A DNA stretch of 64,000 nucleotides from Hyphomicrobiales bacterium (GCA_021775875.1 JAJFHA010000022.1:146298-210297), one strand, 5' to 3'. Counted from the first letter of the stretch, positions 1 to 10,399 are shown. The notes: a model not told the origin generated them from the letters alone. Made by a program: numbers and translations.

Positions 1-617
1 CCAAGGTCGACTATGATCCGGTATCCGACGCCTTCGAATCCGTGACCTGTTATTACAATCTGGATGGCGTGAACCATATCATGCTCGGTGCGCGCGGCTC
101 CGTTGAGCTGGACTTCACGTCGAAGCAAATCCCCAAATTCAAGTTCACGCTGACCGGCCTGCTCGGCACGATCGCGGACACCGCTTTGCCGGCCGCCGAT
201 TTGAGCAGTTTCGTCACGCCTTTACCGGTCTCAAAAGCCGCAACCACATTGTCGCTCCACGGCGCTGCACGGATTGCGGAAACAATCTCGATCAACGTCA
301 ACAATTCAGTTGAGCCACGTCACCTGATCGGGTCGGAATCTGTCGAGATCACCGATCGCGAGACAACCGGACAGGCCACGCTTGAAGCGTCGACGCTGGC
401 TGATGTGGACTGGTTCGGAATTGCCATCGCCCGCACCCGCGCCGCTCTGGCGCTGAACCACGGGACTGTTGCCGGCAACATTGTTGCAATCGACGCGCCC
501 GCCGTTGAGATCGGGCGGCCCACAGAAGGCCAGACCCAGAAAATCCTCAATTACCAGCTCCCGCTCATGTTCGTGCCGGCTACCGGCAATGACGAACTGA
601 CAATATCGGTGAAATGA
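1..617 (+). CDS. Phage tail tube/major tail protein (5'-truncated; frame open from base 3)
   Basis: Position upstream of chaperone pair and tape measure; beta-rich sequence ending in GNDELTISVK. Confidence 0.75.
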   Translation, partial: KVDYDPVSDAFESVTCYYNLDGVNHIMLGARGSVELDFTSKQIPKFKFTLTGLLGTIADTALPAADLSSFVTPLPVSKAATTLSLHGAARIAETISINVNNSVEPRHLIGSESVEITDRETTGQATLEASTLADVDWFGIAIARTRAALALNHGTVAGNIVAIDAPAVEIGRPTEGQTQKILNYQLPLMFVPATGNDELTISVK

Positions 618-991
618 TCATGAAATTTGTACTGCAAGAAGAATTCCGTTTCTGGTGGCCAGTTGAAGTGAAAGTGCCGTCAGCCGAGAAGCCGGGCAAG
701 TTCGACAAGCAAACTTTGGAGGTCGAGTTCCTCGCGATGGAAATGGAGGAGGCGCGCGAGCTAGCCGAACAATGGTCCAGGCTCAAAACCGACGAAGAAA
801 AGTCGGATCACGAACATGATCTGATCAAGAGGGTTGTCGTGAATTGGCGCAACGTTGATGACGACGACGGAGAGGCTGTCGATTTCTCATCCGACAATCT
901 TGACCGGATGCTTGGCATCACCTTCGTCAGAATTCCAATTTATCGGGCCTATGGGGCCGCCATGGCAGGCGAGGCACGGGCAAAAAACTAG
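614..991 (+). CDS. Tail assembly chaperone (gpG analogue)
   Basis: FWWPVEVKVP...W.NV motif; between tail tube and tape measure; ends in slippery A AAA AAC TAG. Confidence 0.75.
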   Translation: MIMKFVLQEEFRFWWPVEVKVPSAEKPGKFDKQTLEVEFLAMEMEEARELAEQWSRLKTDEEKSDHEHDLIKRVVVNWRNVDDDDGEAVDFSSDNLDRMLGITFVRIPIYRAYGAAMAGEARAKN

Positions 992-1353
992 AAGCGGCTG
1001 CCCGCGCCTGGTTGCTTGGTGACCAGGACCCGGAGCAGCCGGAAGAATTGACGCAAGACGTTGCCGATCAATTTGCCGCGCTCGGCGTTGTTGTTGGTGA
1101 CGATCAGATATCCGGCGAGGTTGAATTTGAGGTGTGGGACGTGAATTGGGACGCATTCACTGCATTCAGGAAAATCGGCACCCAATGGCGCTGGGTCTCA
1201 ACCATGTCAGGCATGTTCCGGGTCGGGATTGACTGGGCCGGGGCGCGTACGTTGCTCGATCTCGCCGGCATCGATGTCGTCGCTATTCTGGATAGCCTGG
1301 CCATTATGGAATCCGCCGTTGTTGAGGCCGGGTTTGAGCGGGCGGCGCGATGA
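982..1353 (+). CDS. Tail chaperone gpT analogue (DUF1799-like), probably made by -1 frameshift from the upstream ORF
   Basis: -1 frame after A AAA AAC reads KLEAAARAWLLGDQ... into ORF 1012-1353; VW..NW.A...F...TQWR motif. Confidence 0.7.
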   Translation, partial: KKLEAAARAWLLGDQDPEQPEELTQDVADQFAALGVVVGDDQISGEVEFEVWDVNWDAFTAFRKIGTQWRWVSTMSGMFRVGIDWAGARTLLDLAGIDVVAILDSLAIMESAVVEAGFERAAR

Positions 1354-3419
1354 GTAATTTTATCCTGTCCGCCAAGGCAACGATGGACGCGACCGACCTG
1401 AATAGCGGTCTGGATCAATCCACCGCCAAAGTGGGTGCTCTGGATCAGGCGTTCGACCGGGTCGGTGGTGGTATCGGGCCAAAGCCGGCGCAGAATGTTG
1501 CGCTCGCCCGCCACGAAGTCAGCAACCTGAGTTTCCAGGTCAACGATATCGCGGTCATGATGGCGTCCGGTCAGAACCCGTTCCTGATGATGATGCAACA
1601 GGGTGGCCAGATTAGTCAGATCATGGGTAACCGCGGGCTGGGTCAGATCATCCCTGCCCTTGGCAAATCTTTGTTGAGCCTGATCACGCCGACAACTTTG
1701 TTTCTGGCCGGCATCACGGTGCTCGGCGTTGGAGCGAAGGCTGTGTTCGATGCCATGGGCGAAGACATTATCGACGTTGACGACGCTATGTCAGCCCATG
1801 AAGCAACAATCTCATCCCTGAAGGACGCCTATGGCGACGCCATTCTTGGCCTGCGTGATTATGGCCAGGAGAGCGCGGCGGTTCATGAAGCGCTGCTGAA
1901 AGCCGACGCGACCCAGTTGAGGCTGGTGTTGCAGCAACAGTCCCGATCGTTCATCGACGATATATCCTCAATAGGGCTCGACGAAGCGTTCCTCGAACAA
2001 TTGGAGGTAGACGAAAGCTTTGCTCCTTTCCAAACGGCAATCTTTAACCTGCGGAATTCAATTGAAGACGGCCGACCAGAAGTCGCTGCATTCAGAAACG
2101 AGATCGCAGAGATGGCTAATGCGCCGGGTGCCAGTGAAGAACTGGCAACCCTTGCTGGCACATTGTTGGAAACTTCTGATGCGGCTTTGCGTGCCGAACA
2201 AGGGTTGGCCGCAACAGAGGACGCTATCGGATCGCTTGGATTTGCAATATTCGACGTCGAAGGTGATCTGGACAGCTTTAATCAGGCTATGGCCATTCTG
2301 GACCGGTTGGCTGAACCGCGCCTGTCTCCATTGCAGCAAGCAACAGCCGCCCGAGACAAAGCTTTGCAGAATAGTGGTGGTGGCATCGAGCGCGCCGCAA
2401 TCCTCGAACAATTTTCATCCGCCACCGCTGAGATCGAACGCCGGGAAGCCGAACGCGAAGCACAGCGGCTGGCGCGGCGTCGGCCGCGACGAGACCCGGC
2501 AGAAGTGATCCTTGAGCGTCAGGCCGGTGATCTGGAACGTATCCGCCTTGAGACCACATTGCTGGCGGCAAATGACAATCAGCGGCAAATCGGGCTGGCG
2601 ACGCTGGAGGCCGAACAGGAAATCCGCCGCCGCGGCATCGACGCGCGATCGGAAGAAGCCGAGAAGATTCGCGACAACGCCAAGGCACTCACCGAAGAGC
2701 AGGCCATTCTCGAGCGTTCGCAAGCCGCCTGGGATACGCTCGAGGGCTCGGCCTCCAATGCGATCGACAAGATTTTCGATGCTTTGCTCGATCGCAAGGC
2801 GGATATCGGGGACGTGCTGCAAGGTATTGCTGCCGACATTCTGAAAACGGCGGCAACGTTGGGAGCGCTCAACCCGCTGAAAAATTCACTCTTCGGGTCT
2901 GACCTGCCGACATTCGCCGATAGTGGCGGTGGTGGTTTTTTCGCGTCAATTCTCGGCAGTCTGACTGGCGGCGGTGGCGGTGGCGTACCGTTCGGGCCAC
3001 AACCACTTGCCTTTGGCGGCATGGTGGTCGGCCCTGGTGGGCCAACCGACGACAGGGTGCCGATCCTTGCGTCAAATGGCGAATTCGTTCTCAACGCCGC
3101 CGCGACGGCGCGGCATCGCCCGCTGATCGAAGCGATCAACGATAACCGTTTGCCGCAATTGGCGGGAGGCGGTCCAGTGGTCTCGTTTCCATCGGGGGGT
3201 GGCGGATCGGCGGGTGGCGTCGGCGGTGCACGCGTAACTGTCAATCTGATTGGCGCGCCGCCAGGCACCCGTGTTGAGCAGCGCCAGAGCGATGATGGTG
3301 GTGTCGATCTGGACATCATCATGGAGCAGATCGACCAACGGGTCGGACAGAATATCGCCGAGGGCAAATATGACAGCCCGTTTGAGCGGTATGGCGCGTT
3401 GCCCAGGAGGCGCGCATGA
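1350..3419 (+). CDS. Tape measure protein (lambda-like N-terminal domain)
   Basis: NLSFQVNDIAVMMASGQNPFLMMMQQGGQI motif, helical middle, C-terminal GG.V.GPG.PT.D.VP..ASNGEFV motif. Confidence 0.92.
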   Translation: MSNFILSAKATMDATDLNSGLDQSTAKVGALDQAFDRVGGGIGPKPAQNVALARHEVSNLSFQVNDIAVMMASGQNPFLMMMQQGGQISQIMGNRGLGQIIPALGKSLLSLITPTTLFLAGITVLGVGAKAVFDAMGEDIIDVDDAMSAHEATISSLKDAYGDAILGLRDYGQESAAVHEALLKADATQLRLVLQQQSRSFIDDISSIGLDEAFLEQLEVDESFAPFQTAIFNLRNSIEDGRPEVAAFRNEIAEMANAPGASEELATLAGTLLETSDAALRAEQGLAATEDAIGSLGFAIFDVEGDLDSFNQAMAILDRLAEPRLSPLQQATAARDKALQNSGGGIERAAILEQFSSATAEIERREAEREAQRLARRRPRRDPAEVILERQAGDLERIRLETTLLAANDNQRQIGLATLEAEQEIRRRGIDARSEEAEKIRDNAKALTEEQAILERSQAAWDTLEGSASNAIDKIFDALLDRKADIGDVLQGIAADILKTAATLGALNPLKNSLFGSDLPTFADSGGGGFFASILGSLTGGGGGGVPFGPQPLAFGGMVVGPGGPTDDRVPILASNGEFVLNAAATARHRPLIEAINDNRLPQLAGGGPVVSFPSGGGGSAGGVGGARVTVNLIGAPPGTRVEQRQSDDGGVDLDIIMEQIDQRVGQNIAEGKYDSPFERYGALPRRRA

Positions 3420-3787
3420 CCCTTGCAATCTGGCCAGGCTCATTGCCACAATTTGCCGAGCGGCGTGGTTACGGAATTGAGGCCGACGACAAGATCAATT
3501 CGTTCGAGCCGGAAAAGGGCAAGCCGATCGAGCGCGCGGAAACTACCGTCGCGATCAGTGAAATGAGCCTGTCATTCATTATGACACTCGGGCAATTGCA
3601 GACATTCAAACATTTCGTGAGGTCTCTCCTTAAACACGGGACCGAACCGTTCATGATCCCGCATCCTGATACGCGCAACCAGGTCGAAGTCAGTCTCTCT
3701 GGTCAGAAGAAATTCCGGGAAAGTTATTATTCACCGCTCGAGCGGCGGGTCGCGATCAAATTGTTGATTACCGGGGAGGATGCCTGA
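3416..3787 (+). CDS. Phage minor/distal tail protein
   Basis: WP..LP N-terminus; directly after tape measure. Confidence 0.6.
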   Translation: MTLAIWPGSLPQFAERRGYGIEADDKINSFEPEKGKPIERAETTVAISEMSLSFIMTLGQLQTFKHFVRSLLKHGTEPFMIPHPDTRNQVEVSLSGQKKFRESYYSPLERRVAIKLLITGEDA

Positions 3788-4296
3788 TGGCTGATCCTGC
3801 CCTGATTGCTGAACTGGAGCGCGCCGCTGGCGGTATGGCGATCCCGTTCTTTGTGGAAGTCAATCACGACGAGCTGGTCGAACCGATCCGGCTGGTTTTG
3901 GATGAAGCAGATTATTTTTTTGAGGGCGAGACCTGGTACAAAAGCGCGTTCGATATCGCGCCGCCTGCCGATAACGATGCGCCACCTGAAACCGCCTTCA
4001 GGTTCCCAAATATTGACCGCCGCCGAACCGCAAAGCTGACCGAAATCAACGGGCCGATGTCGGTCTCGTTCCGGCTGTTTCATGCCAGCTGGTTCAATCT
4101 CCACAAGGAGCCGCGGGTCGTGAAAGCCGGAAAGACACCGGTCGCAGCGATGGAAGTATACGACCTGCAGCTGATCGATGCGTCCGGCTCGCCGACAGAG
4201 GTAAAAGGACGGTTGATCGGGATCGATTACAGGTCCGAAGCGGTTCCGGCCAGGCGCGGTGTCCAGAGCATTTTTCCGGGGGCATTTTACTCATGA
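3787..4296 (+). CDS. Phage minor tail protein (DUF1833/gpL-like)
   Basis: H..L.EPIRLV, F.I.PP and terminal FPG.F motifs; synteny. Confidence 0.6.
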   Translation: MADPALIAELERAAGGMAIPFFVEVNHDELVEPIRLVLDEADYFFEGETWYKSAFDIAPPADNDAPPETAFRFPNIDRRRTAKLTEINGPMSVSFRLFHASWFNLHKEPRVVKAGKTPVAAMEVYDLQLIDASGSPTEVKGRLIGIDYRSEAVPARRGVQSIFPGAFYS

Positions 4297-4703
4297 TTAC
4301 CGGATATTCAGGCATCCCGTACAAATCTAAAGGCCGGTCTCTCATTGGTGTCGATTGCTGGGGCCTGGTGCGTCTGGTCTTCTCAAAGGAAGCGGATATT
4401 GAGCTGCCGCTGCACACCGAAATTGATCCATCCGAAGGGCTGAAAGCCGCTCGCGCTCTGAAGGACGCACTGACCAGCGAAACATGGCTTGAGGTGAAAT
4501 ACGACCCGTTGCCTTTCGATGTTGTGTTGATGCGCAACGATTATCGCGCCGGCGGCATCGCGACCCATGTGGGCATCATGGTATTTCCTCAAATCCTGCT
4601 GCAAACCGAGACGGCAACCGGGTCCTATCTGATGGAACTGTCTGATCCATCAATCCAGTGTCGCCTGGACGGCATCTATCGGCACCGGGAGCTGGACCAA
4701 TGA
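4293..4703 (+). CDS. NlpC/P60 tail assembly peptidase (gpK-like)
   Basis: GIPY...GR...GVDCWGLVRLV and HVGI motifs. Confidence 0.88.
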   Translation: MITGYSGIPYKSKGRSLIGVDCWGLVRLVFSKEADIELPLHTEIDPSEGLKAARALKDALTSETWLEVKYDPLPFDVVLMRNDYRAGGIATHVGIMVFPQILLQTETATGSYLMELSDPSIQCRLDGIYRHRELDQ

Positions 4704-7423
4704 ACGCGATGCCAGGAAAGATGGTCACAGGAGTCTGGCGGCCGCCCTTTGCTGAAGGTCCCGGCCAGGCGCTTGAATGCCCTGCCGGAATTAACCTGCA
4801 AACGCTGGCCAGCCGGATGGAATTTTTGCCACCGGATTTCGTTGACCAGGGTGAGATCAGTGTCGGTGGCACATTGATCCCGCAAAATTACTGGCGTCAC
4901 GTTCGCCTGAAGGCTGGTCAGGTGGCGCGGTTTCACCTGCGCCTGGGCGACGGTGGCGGCGGTGGCGGCAATGGCTCCGGCAAGGCTGTATTGGCGATCG
5001 TTGTGGCCATCGCGACCGTCCTGACAGCAGGTGCTGCTGCTGCGGGCGCGTTTTCATTTCTCGGCGCATCATTCGCAGCTGGTGGCCTTGGCGCCACATT
5101 GCTGTCGGCCGGGATATCCGTTGTCGGGTCGCTGATCGGCCGCGCACTCTCTGCGCCGCCATCCCCGGTGGAACCTACTGCCACGCCCGGCGAGCGGGAA
5201 CGCGGTGCGGCGTCCCTGGACGCCAATGTGCTGGCCGCTGGCGGGTATCTGCCGGCCGCGCTCGGCACCCGCCTGATCGCCCCGCCTGCCATCAGCAAAC
5301 CATTGGTCGAGCGGATCGGTGACGACGAATTTGTCGAGGCGGTGTTTGCGCTCGGCGTGCCACATGGATTGGGCAAGGTTTCTTTCGCCGGTGTGCCGGC
5401 AGAAGATGCCGATGATATCGAAATTCAGACTAGGTCCGGCCTTCCCGGCGAGCCGCCGCTTACACTTGTGGCGCGGTATTCCCATACGTCCAATCAATCA
5501 ATCGAATTATCGGCCCATGGCGTCAACGACGATGCCCAGGACGAACTGAAAAATCAGGATCAGCCGGATAAAAGCCTGCCGGTATGGCACCGTTTTCCAA
5601 TCGCGCAATGTGACGAATTCTGGTTTGACCTGACAATGCCTGAAGGCTTTGCTGACGGGGTCAACCAGAACATCGCGCAAGTGGTGCCGATGCGCCTGCG
5701 CATCCGGCCGCTCGGGACGGACACATGGTTTAATGTGCCAGAATTGATGTATGCCGCTGCCAAGCTTCGCAACGTCAAACCGACCATACGGTTTCAATTC
5801 TCCGAGCATCCGCCAATCTCTGCAAAGGTGACCACGTCGAACGAAGGCTTTGTGGCAGCCTATATCGCCGTTGATGGCCAAACCGATATCAATGCGCCAA
5901 GCGCAGATTTTGCCGCCCACGGGAGCTTTGTCAAAGCAGGTTCAGGCGGGCTTTATGATGGCAATGAAGGGCCTTCAACGGTGACTGGCGTGCATCTGGA
6001 TGGCCAGACCGCAGACATATGGCTCGACCCGGCCATATTCCCGCAGGGGCGCTATGAAGCGGAGATGAAGCGCGGGGCGATGATCCCGTTGAGCTGGCTG
6101 GACAAGGACAATCACGAGATCAATGGGTCACTGGTTGATCTTTTTCATTACCAGATTTCAGGCAGCACCAAGGTGATGGCCCGGTCGCGCGGCGACCTTG
6201 CCGACCGGATTTTCGTTCAGCGCACGGCATCGGTCGTAAATCAGCACCCGGTCAACAATGGCGAACCTATATCCGGCTATGCCCTGATCGCAGTGCGGGC
6301 ACGGAACCGGTCGGTCCAGGATGTCAAGGTTGAAGCCGGTGCGCTGATGCCCAAATGGGACGGCAATGCCTTCACGGGTTTGGGCACGAGCTCCAATCCC
6401 GGCGACCAGATGAATTTCATTTTGCAGACCGATATCAACGCCCGGCCGTTGCCGCCACGGGTGTTTGAGACCGCGTCCTTTGGGGCATTCGCAGAGCGCT
6501 GCACAGCGCAAGGCTTTACCTGCGACCTGATTATCGAAGGAGCGCGGGTTGATGATGTTTTACGGCGGATCACCGGCTGCGGTTATGCCCGGCCGCGACG
6601 GGGCGCTCTATGGGGCGTCATCACTGACCGGGACCGGTCAAATGAGGATAATATTCAGGTATTCAGCCCGCGCAATTCATCCGGTCTCACGTGGCAGAAA
6701 TCATTTTCAGAGGTCCCTGACGCGTTCATTGTGACATTCCGGGACGCAGCCGACCAATATCGCCGCCGCGAGATAACCGTATGGCGGCCGGGGCGTGAAG
6801 GTGTTGCCAATCCAAAATTTGAAAATATCGAATATCAGGGCCTGGTCTACGAGGCCGATATTATCCCGCGGGCAATTTATGATCTCCGTCAAATGACCGA
6901 GCGGTCAGTGATCTGGACATGGGCAGCGCCTGCTGAATCTCTGCGCTGTCGGCGTGGCGAAATGATCGGCATCAATCACGACCAGGTCGAAGAGGAGCAC
7001 GGGTCCGGCCGCCTGGAAGCGATCGTGATCGCTAACCAGCAGATGACCGCCATGTATATCGACCAGAAAGTGCAGCTTTTCAACGAAGCCCGACCACGCG
7101 ATGTGGTAAGCCCGGCCGCGTCCGAGCGACCTCTAAAATGGGGTCTGCAATCCGGCCTCGAAATCCGCCGATCGGACGGCACGTTTTCAACGCATCTTCT
7201 GGCCAATGAAACCGGCATCACCAACCGGCTTGTTTTGGCTGCGCCAGAAGAGGTTGTTCCCATGGCCGACGGCCAGTTGCCGCTTCGAAAGGGTGATCTG
7301 TGTCTGGTTGGCAAGCCGGGCAACGTCACCAAGCGGATGATCCTGGTCGACATGGATTGGCGCAATGGCCTGACCTGCACTTTGGCCGGCGTTGATGAAG
7401 CGCAAGGGTTGATGGCGGCATGA
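4700..7423 (+). CDS. Central tail fibre/host-specificity protein (gpI+gpJ-like)
   Basis: Hydrophobic gpI-like segment, SSNP, F.PRNS and F.D...Y motifs; ATG at 4700 overlaps the upstream stop. Confidence 0.8.
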   Translation: MNAMPGKMVTGVWRPPFAEGPGQALECPAGINLQTLASRMEFLPPDFVDQGEISVGGTLIPQNYWRHVRLKAGQVARFHLRLGDGGGGGGNGSGKAVLAIVVAIATVLTAGAAAAGAFSFLGASFAAGGLGATLLSAGISVVGSLIGRALSAPPSPVEPTATPGERERGAASLDANVLAAGGYLPAALGTRLIAPPAISKPLVERIGDDEFVEAVFALGVPHGLGKVSFAGVPAEDADDIEIQTRSGLPGEPPLTLVARYSHTSNQSIELSAHGVNDDAQDELKNQDQPDKSLPVWHRFPIAQCDEFWFDLTMPEGFADGVNQNIAQVVPMRLRIRPLGTDTWFNVPELMYAAAKLRNVKPTIRFQFSEHPPISAKVTTSNEGFVAAYIAVDGQTDINAPSADFAAHGSFVKAGSGGLYDGNEGPSTVTGVHLDGQTADIWLDPAIFPQGRYEAEMKRGAMIPLSWLDKDNHEINGSLVDLFHYQISGSTKVMARSRGDLADRIFVQRTASVVNQHPVNNGEPISGYALIAVRARNRSVQDVKVEAGALMPKWDGNAFTGLGTSSNPGDQMNFILQTDINARPLPPRVFETASFGAFAERCTAQGFTCDLIIEGARVDDVLRRITGCGYARPRRGALWGVITDRDRSNEDNIQVFSPRNSSGLTWQKSFSEVPDAFIVTFRDAADQYRRREITVWRPGREGVANPKFENIEYQGLVYEADIIPRAIYDLRQMTERSVIWTWAAPAESLRCRRGEMIGINHDQVEEEHGSGRLEAIVIANQQMTAMYIDQKVQLFNEARPRDVVSPAASERPLKWGLQSGLEIRRSDGTFSTHLLANETGITNRLVLAAPEEVVPMADGQLPLRKGDLCLVGKPGNVTKRMILVDMDWRNGLTCTLAGVDEAQGLMAA

Positions 7424-7433
7424 GGAAAATCAA

Positions 7434-8594
7434 ATGAGCCGACAAATAAATGCCGATCCAGATACCGGCGCGACCATGATCGACGAGATCAACGGGCAGC
7501 TGGATAATATCTATGCGCAGTCGTTCCTGACACTGACCGTCACAGGTGGCACCGTTGATGACATCGAATGCGACGTGACGCCTGCCATGACCGGCGCTAT
7601 CACGGCCGGCATGAAATTCGCGATTGTAATGCCTGGTCAGAATACCGGAGCCATGACCCTCAAGATCGGCGCACTGGCAGCCGTCTCACTGATGAATGAC
7701 GACGGCGCAGAAATGACTGCTGGGCAGACGACTGCCGCCCGCCTGGAATTTCTCTACTTTGACGGGACGGTCGTGCGGGTCGCAAATGTGGTCGGCAAAA
7801 CGCCGATATTCCGGCATGTGGTTTTTACAGCCAATGGCACCTGGACGAATGACCTGCCTGCAGACGCCCTGGTTATGATCGAGACGTGGGGCGGCGGTGC
7901 CGGAGGTTCGACGATCGCTGACGGAAGCGGTGCCGGTGCTGGCGGGTATGCGGCGCGCTGGATGCGTGCTGGCGATATATCTTCCAGCGTTGCGGCAACC
8001 GTTGCGCTCCAGGCACTGGCCGGGGCGACAGGTGGGGATTCGAGTTTTGGCTCATATCTGACCGGATATGGCGGCGGGAAGGGCAACGACTGGAACCCCG
8101 GGTCTGGACGCGGTGGCGGCGGCGGCGGCGGCGGAAACACCTCAAAGGGTGGGGGCGGCAAGGACGGGTTAGCGGGGGTTGCGTGCGGCGATGGCGGCGA
8201 AGGCGGCGGGCCAAGGAAGGCCCCCGGTGGCATCGGCGAACCGGTAACCGGCGGTGGTGCAGGCGGTGACGGAATCGGGTCACCGACAGGCGGCAGCGGC
8301 GGCGGTGCCAGCGTGAATACTTCCAACCTTCCAGGCAACGGCGCTCCCAGCACAGATGGTGGTGGCGGCGGTGGCGGCGGCGGCACCCATCCGACCGGGC
8401 CGGGCAACGGTGGTGATTCTATTGATGGTGGCGGCGGTGGCGCGGGCGCTGGCACTGGTTCTAAAGGCGGCATTTCTCTACGTGCCGGCGACGGCGGCGA
8501 TTATGGTGCCGATGGTGCTGCGCCTAGCGGCGGTGGCGGAGCCAATGGAGGCAAGGGTGCACGCGGCGAAATCCGCCTGACAATCATGGGTTAA
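7434..8594 (+). CDS. Glycine-rich phage tail/fibre protein
   Basis: VFTANGTW...WGGGAGG...GARGEIRLT glycine-rich domain. Confidence 0.75.
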   Translation: MSRQINADPDTGATMIDEINGQLDNIYAQSFLTLTVTGGTVDDIECDVTPAMTGAITAGMKFAIVMPGQNTGAMTLKIGALAAVSLMNDDGAEMTAGQTTAARLEFLYFDGTVVRVANVVGKTPIFRHVVFTANGTWTNDLPADALVMIETWGGGAGGSTIADGSGAGAGGYAARWMRAGDISSSVAATVALQALAGATGGDSSFGSYLTGYGGGKGNDWNPGSGRGGGGGGGGNTSKGGGGKDGLAGVACGDGGEGGGPRKAPGGIGEPVTGGGAGGDGIGSPTGGSGGGASVNTSNLPGNGAPSTDGGGGGGGGGTHPTGPGNGGDSIDGGGGGAGAGTGSKGGISLRAGDGGDYGADGAAPSGGGGANGGKGARGEIRLTIMG

Positions 8595-8598
8595 TAAT

Positions 8599-8940
8599 AT
8601 GGCAGACTATTTTGAAGCGGAGTTTAACGACAACGCGTTGGACACCGAGTTTTTCCCGGCATTTCTCGATGCCGCTGGCACACCGTGGTTCGAGGCTGGC
8701 GACACCTTCCAGGCCGATTTGAAGGTCTCGGCTGACGATGTCCCTGTGGTCGCCAGCCTGACTAATGCCAATGGCGGGATAGATGTCACCTATGTCGCGG
8801 ACGGCGTCATCGGCCTGAAACCCATGGTCGTCGCAATCGCGCCCGGCACATACGTGACCGACATCATCCTCGATCCGGCAGGTAACCGCCAAACCGCCTA
8901 TATCGGTAAGATCATCATCTTGAAAGGAGTGACCGCATGA
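8599..8940 (+). CDS. Hypothetical phage tail-associated protein
   Basis: 113 aa; GTYV.DI...G.I.I..GVT pattern of fibre adaptor proteins. Confidence 0.55.
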   Translation: MADYFEAEFNDNALDTEFFPAFLDAAGTPWFEAGDTFQADLKVSADDVPVVASLTNANGGIDVTYVADGVIGLKPMVVAIAPGTYVTDIILDPAGNRQTAYIGKIIILKGVTA

Positions 8941-10013
8941 GCCTGATCCTGCACCCGCGTCAGGCGCTTTTGGTTGAAAAGCGCGTTGGCCCAAATCAGA
9001 TGGTCTCCGACCGCTTTCTGCGGATGCCGGGTATTGAAGGCGCTCCAGGCGCTCCAGGCGCTCCAGGCGCACCAGCAACAAACCGGCTCAACATCAATGG
9101 TAATTTCGCCGTTTCCCAGTTTGCAGATATTTTTGCGCATGCCGGCGCTTATGCCATCATGATTGATAGGTGGGGCGGTCGTCGCAACAATAACAGCGCC
9201 GGGATGACCGTTTCTCGGGTCACTGGTGAGCGCGGGGAATATGCTTGCAAAGTTCAGCGAGACCTGGGCAACACCTCAATCGACTGGCTTATGATCACTC
9301 ACGCCCTGCAGACATCTGACGTGATAGCCTTGCGCGGCAAACAAATCACGATATCGCTTTGGGCAAAGGCCGGTGCCAATTTCAGCGCTACTGGAAACCT
9401 GCTGCAATGCCGGCTGGATACCGGCACCGGCATTGACCAGAAACTCGACCTTGGATTTGCAACAGGCAACACATCGCCTGCGTCAAGTTCAGAAGCTCTC
9501 ACGACGGGTCTCTTGCAGTATACGCTGACAGGCACCATCCCGGCGAACGCGACCGGTCTTGGCTTACGCCTGTTCTATACCCCAGTGGGGACAGCCGGTG
9601 CTGACGACTGGTTCCAGATTGAAGAGGTCCAGTTTGAAGAAGGACCCAATGCAACCCCATTCGATCGTTGGTCGATAGTAATCGAAGAGATGGCCTGCCT
9701 GGCTTACTCGGAATGGTGGATATTCACAGGACCCTCTGCGTTTGCCATCGCCGGTGCTAGGTCGACATCTTTTGCGACAACTGGTGTGAAATACGCGCGT
9801 AAGCGGCTCAAGCCTCACACAATTACCGCGACTGGTGTTTGGGACATGCTCGGCGTTTCGGGAGATGTGAACACCTTGTCCTTCGCCGGGATCGAGCAAG
9901 ATACCTGCCAGTTAAACTCAACAGAGGCTGCTACGGCATACACATTTGGCAACGCCATGACCCTGGCAGCGGCGAATGGTAATACACTTCATTTCGATGC
10001 GGAGCTTACATGA
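8937..10013 (+). CDS. Tail fibre/receptor-binding protein with short collagen-like repeat and carbohydrate-binding-like domain
   Basis: (GAP)4, then N..INGNF.V.Q...DRW, VQFEEG..ATPF and terminal DAEL motifs. Confidence 0.72.
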   Translation: MSLILHPRQALLVEKRVGPNQMVSDRFLRMPGIEGAPGAPGAPGAPATNRLNINGNFAVSQFADIFAHAGAYAIMIDRWGGRRNNNSAGMTVSRVTGERGEYACKVQRDLGNTSIDWLMITHALQTSDVIALRGKQITISLWAKAGANFSATGNLLQCRLDTGTGIDQKLDLGFATGNTSPASSSEALTTGLLQYTLTGTIPANATGLGLRLFYTPVGTAGADDWFQIEEVQFEEGPNATPFDRWSIVIEEMACLAYSEWWIFTGPSAFAIAGARSTSFATTGVKYARKRLKPHTITATGVWDMLGVSGDVNTLSFAGIEQDTCQLNSTEAATAYTFGNAMTLAAANGNTLHFDAELT

Positions 10014-10399
10014 TGGTTGAAATACTGACCGCCAAATACGCTGACCCGGACAGCGAATATGTCGATATATCGTGCGACGACGGGTCCAGCATGACCCGCC
10101 TCGCAAAGCACCCGGCCATCGTTGCTTTAATCGCAGGTGGGTTGGAAATAGCCGCCCATATTCCACCAATTGAAAACTCGTCGATTTCGCCGCTTGAATT
10201 CATTGACAGGTTGACGGAAGCAGAATCCCTCGCGGTGCTCGCAGCGATTAAGCAAAACACCCAGCTTGAGCTCTGGTACACCCGGCTCATGGCCTCACCA
10301 TCTGTCGACCTCGCCAGTCCGCGCCTGATCGCCGGACTGGATGCCCTGGTTGAAGCAGGCCTGCTCACCTCCGCTCGCAAAACAGAAATACTGGAATGA
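10010..10399 (+). CDS. Phage hypothetical protein (fibre-chaperone-like)
   Basis: IS.LEF..RLT.AE...VDL..P....GL..LV..GLLT..R..EIL pattern; follows the fibre gene. Confidence 0.6.
   Translation: MMVEILTAKYADPDSEYVDISCDDGSSMTRLAKHPAIVALIAGGLEIAAHIPPIENSSISPLEFIDRLTEAESLAVLAAIKQNTQLELWYTRLMASPSVDLASPRLIAGLDALVEAGLLTSARKTEILE

Noticed and set aside
2579-3367. 262-aa minus-strand ORF within the tape measure gene
   Set aside because: Antisense shadow of GC-rich codons; Pro/Ser-rich mirror with no motifs
7754-8473. Polyproline ORF on the minus strand
   Set aside because: Mirror of the GGC glycine runs of the tail protein
8937-10399. Possible DGR target or invertible tail-fibre cassette
   Set aside because: No second copy of the fibre 3' end, no reverse transcriptase and no invertase seen in the window
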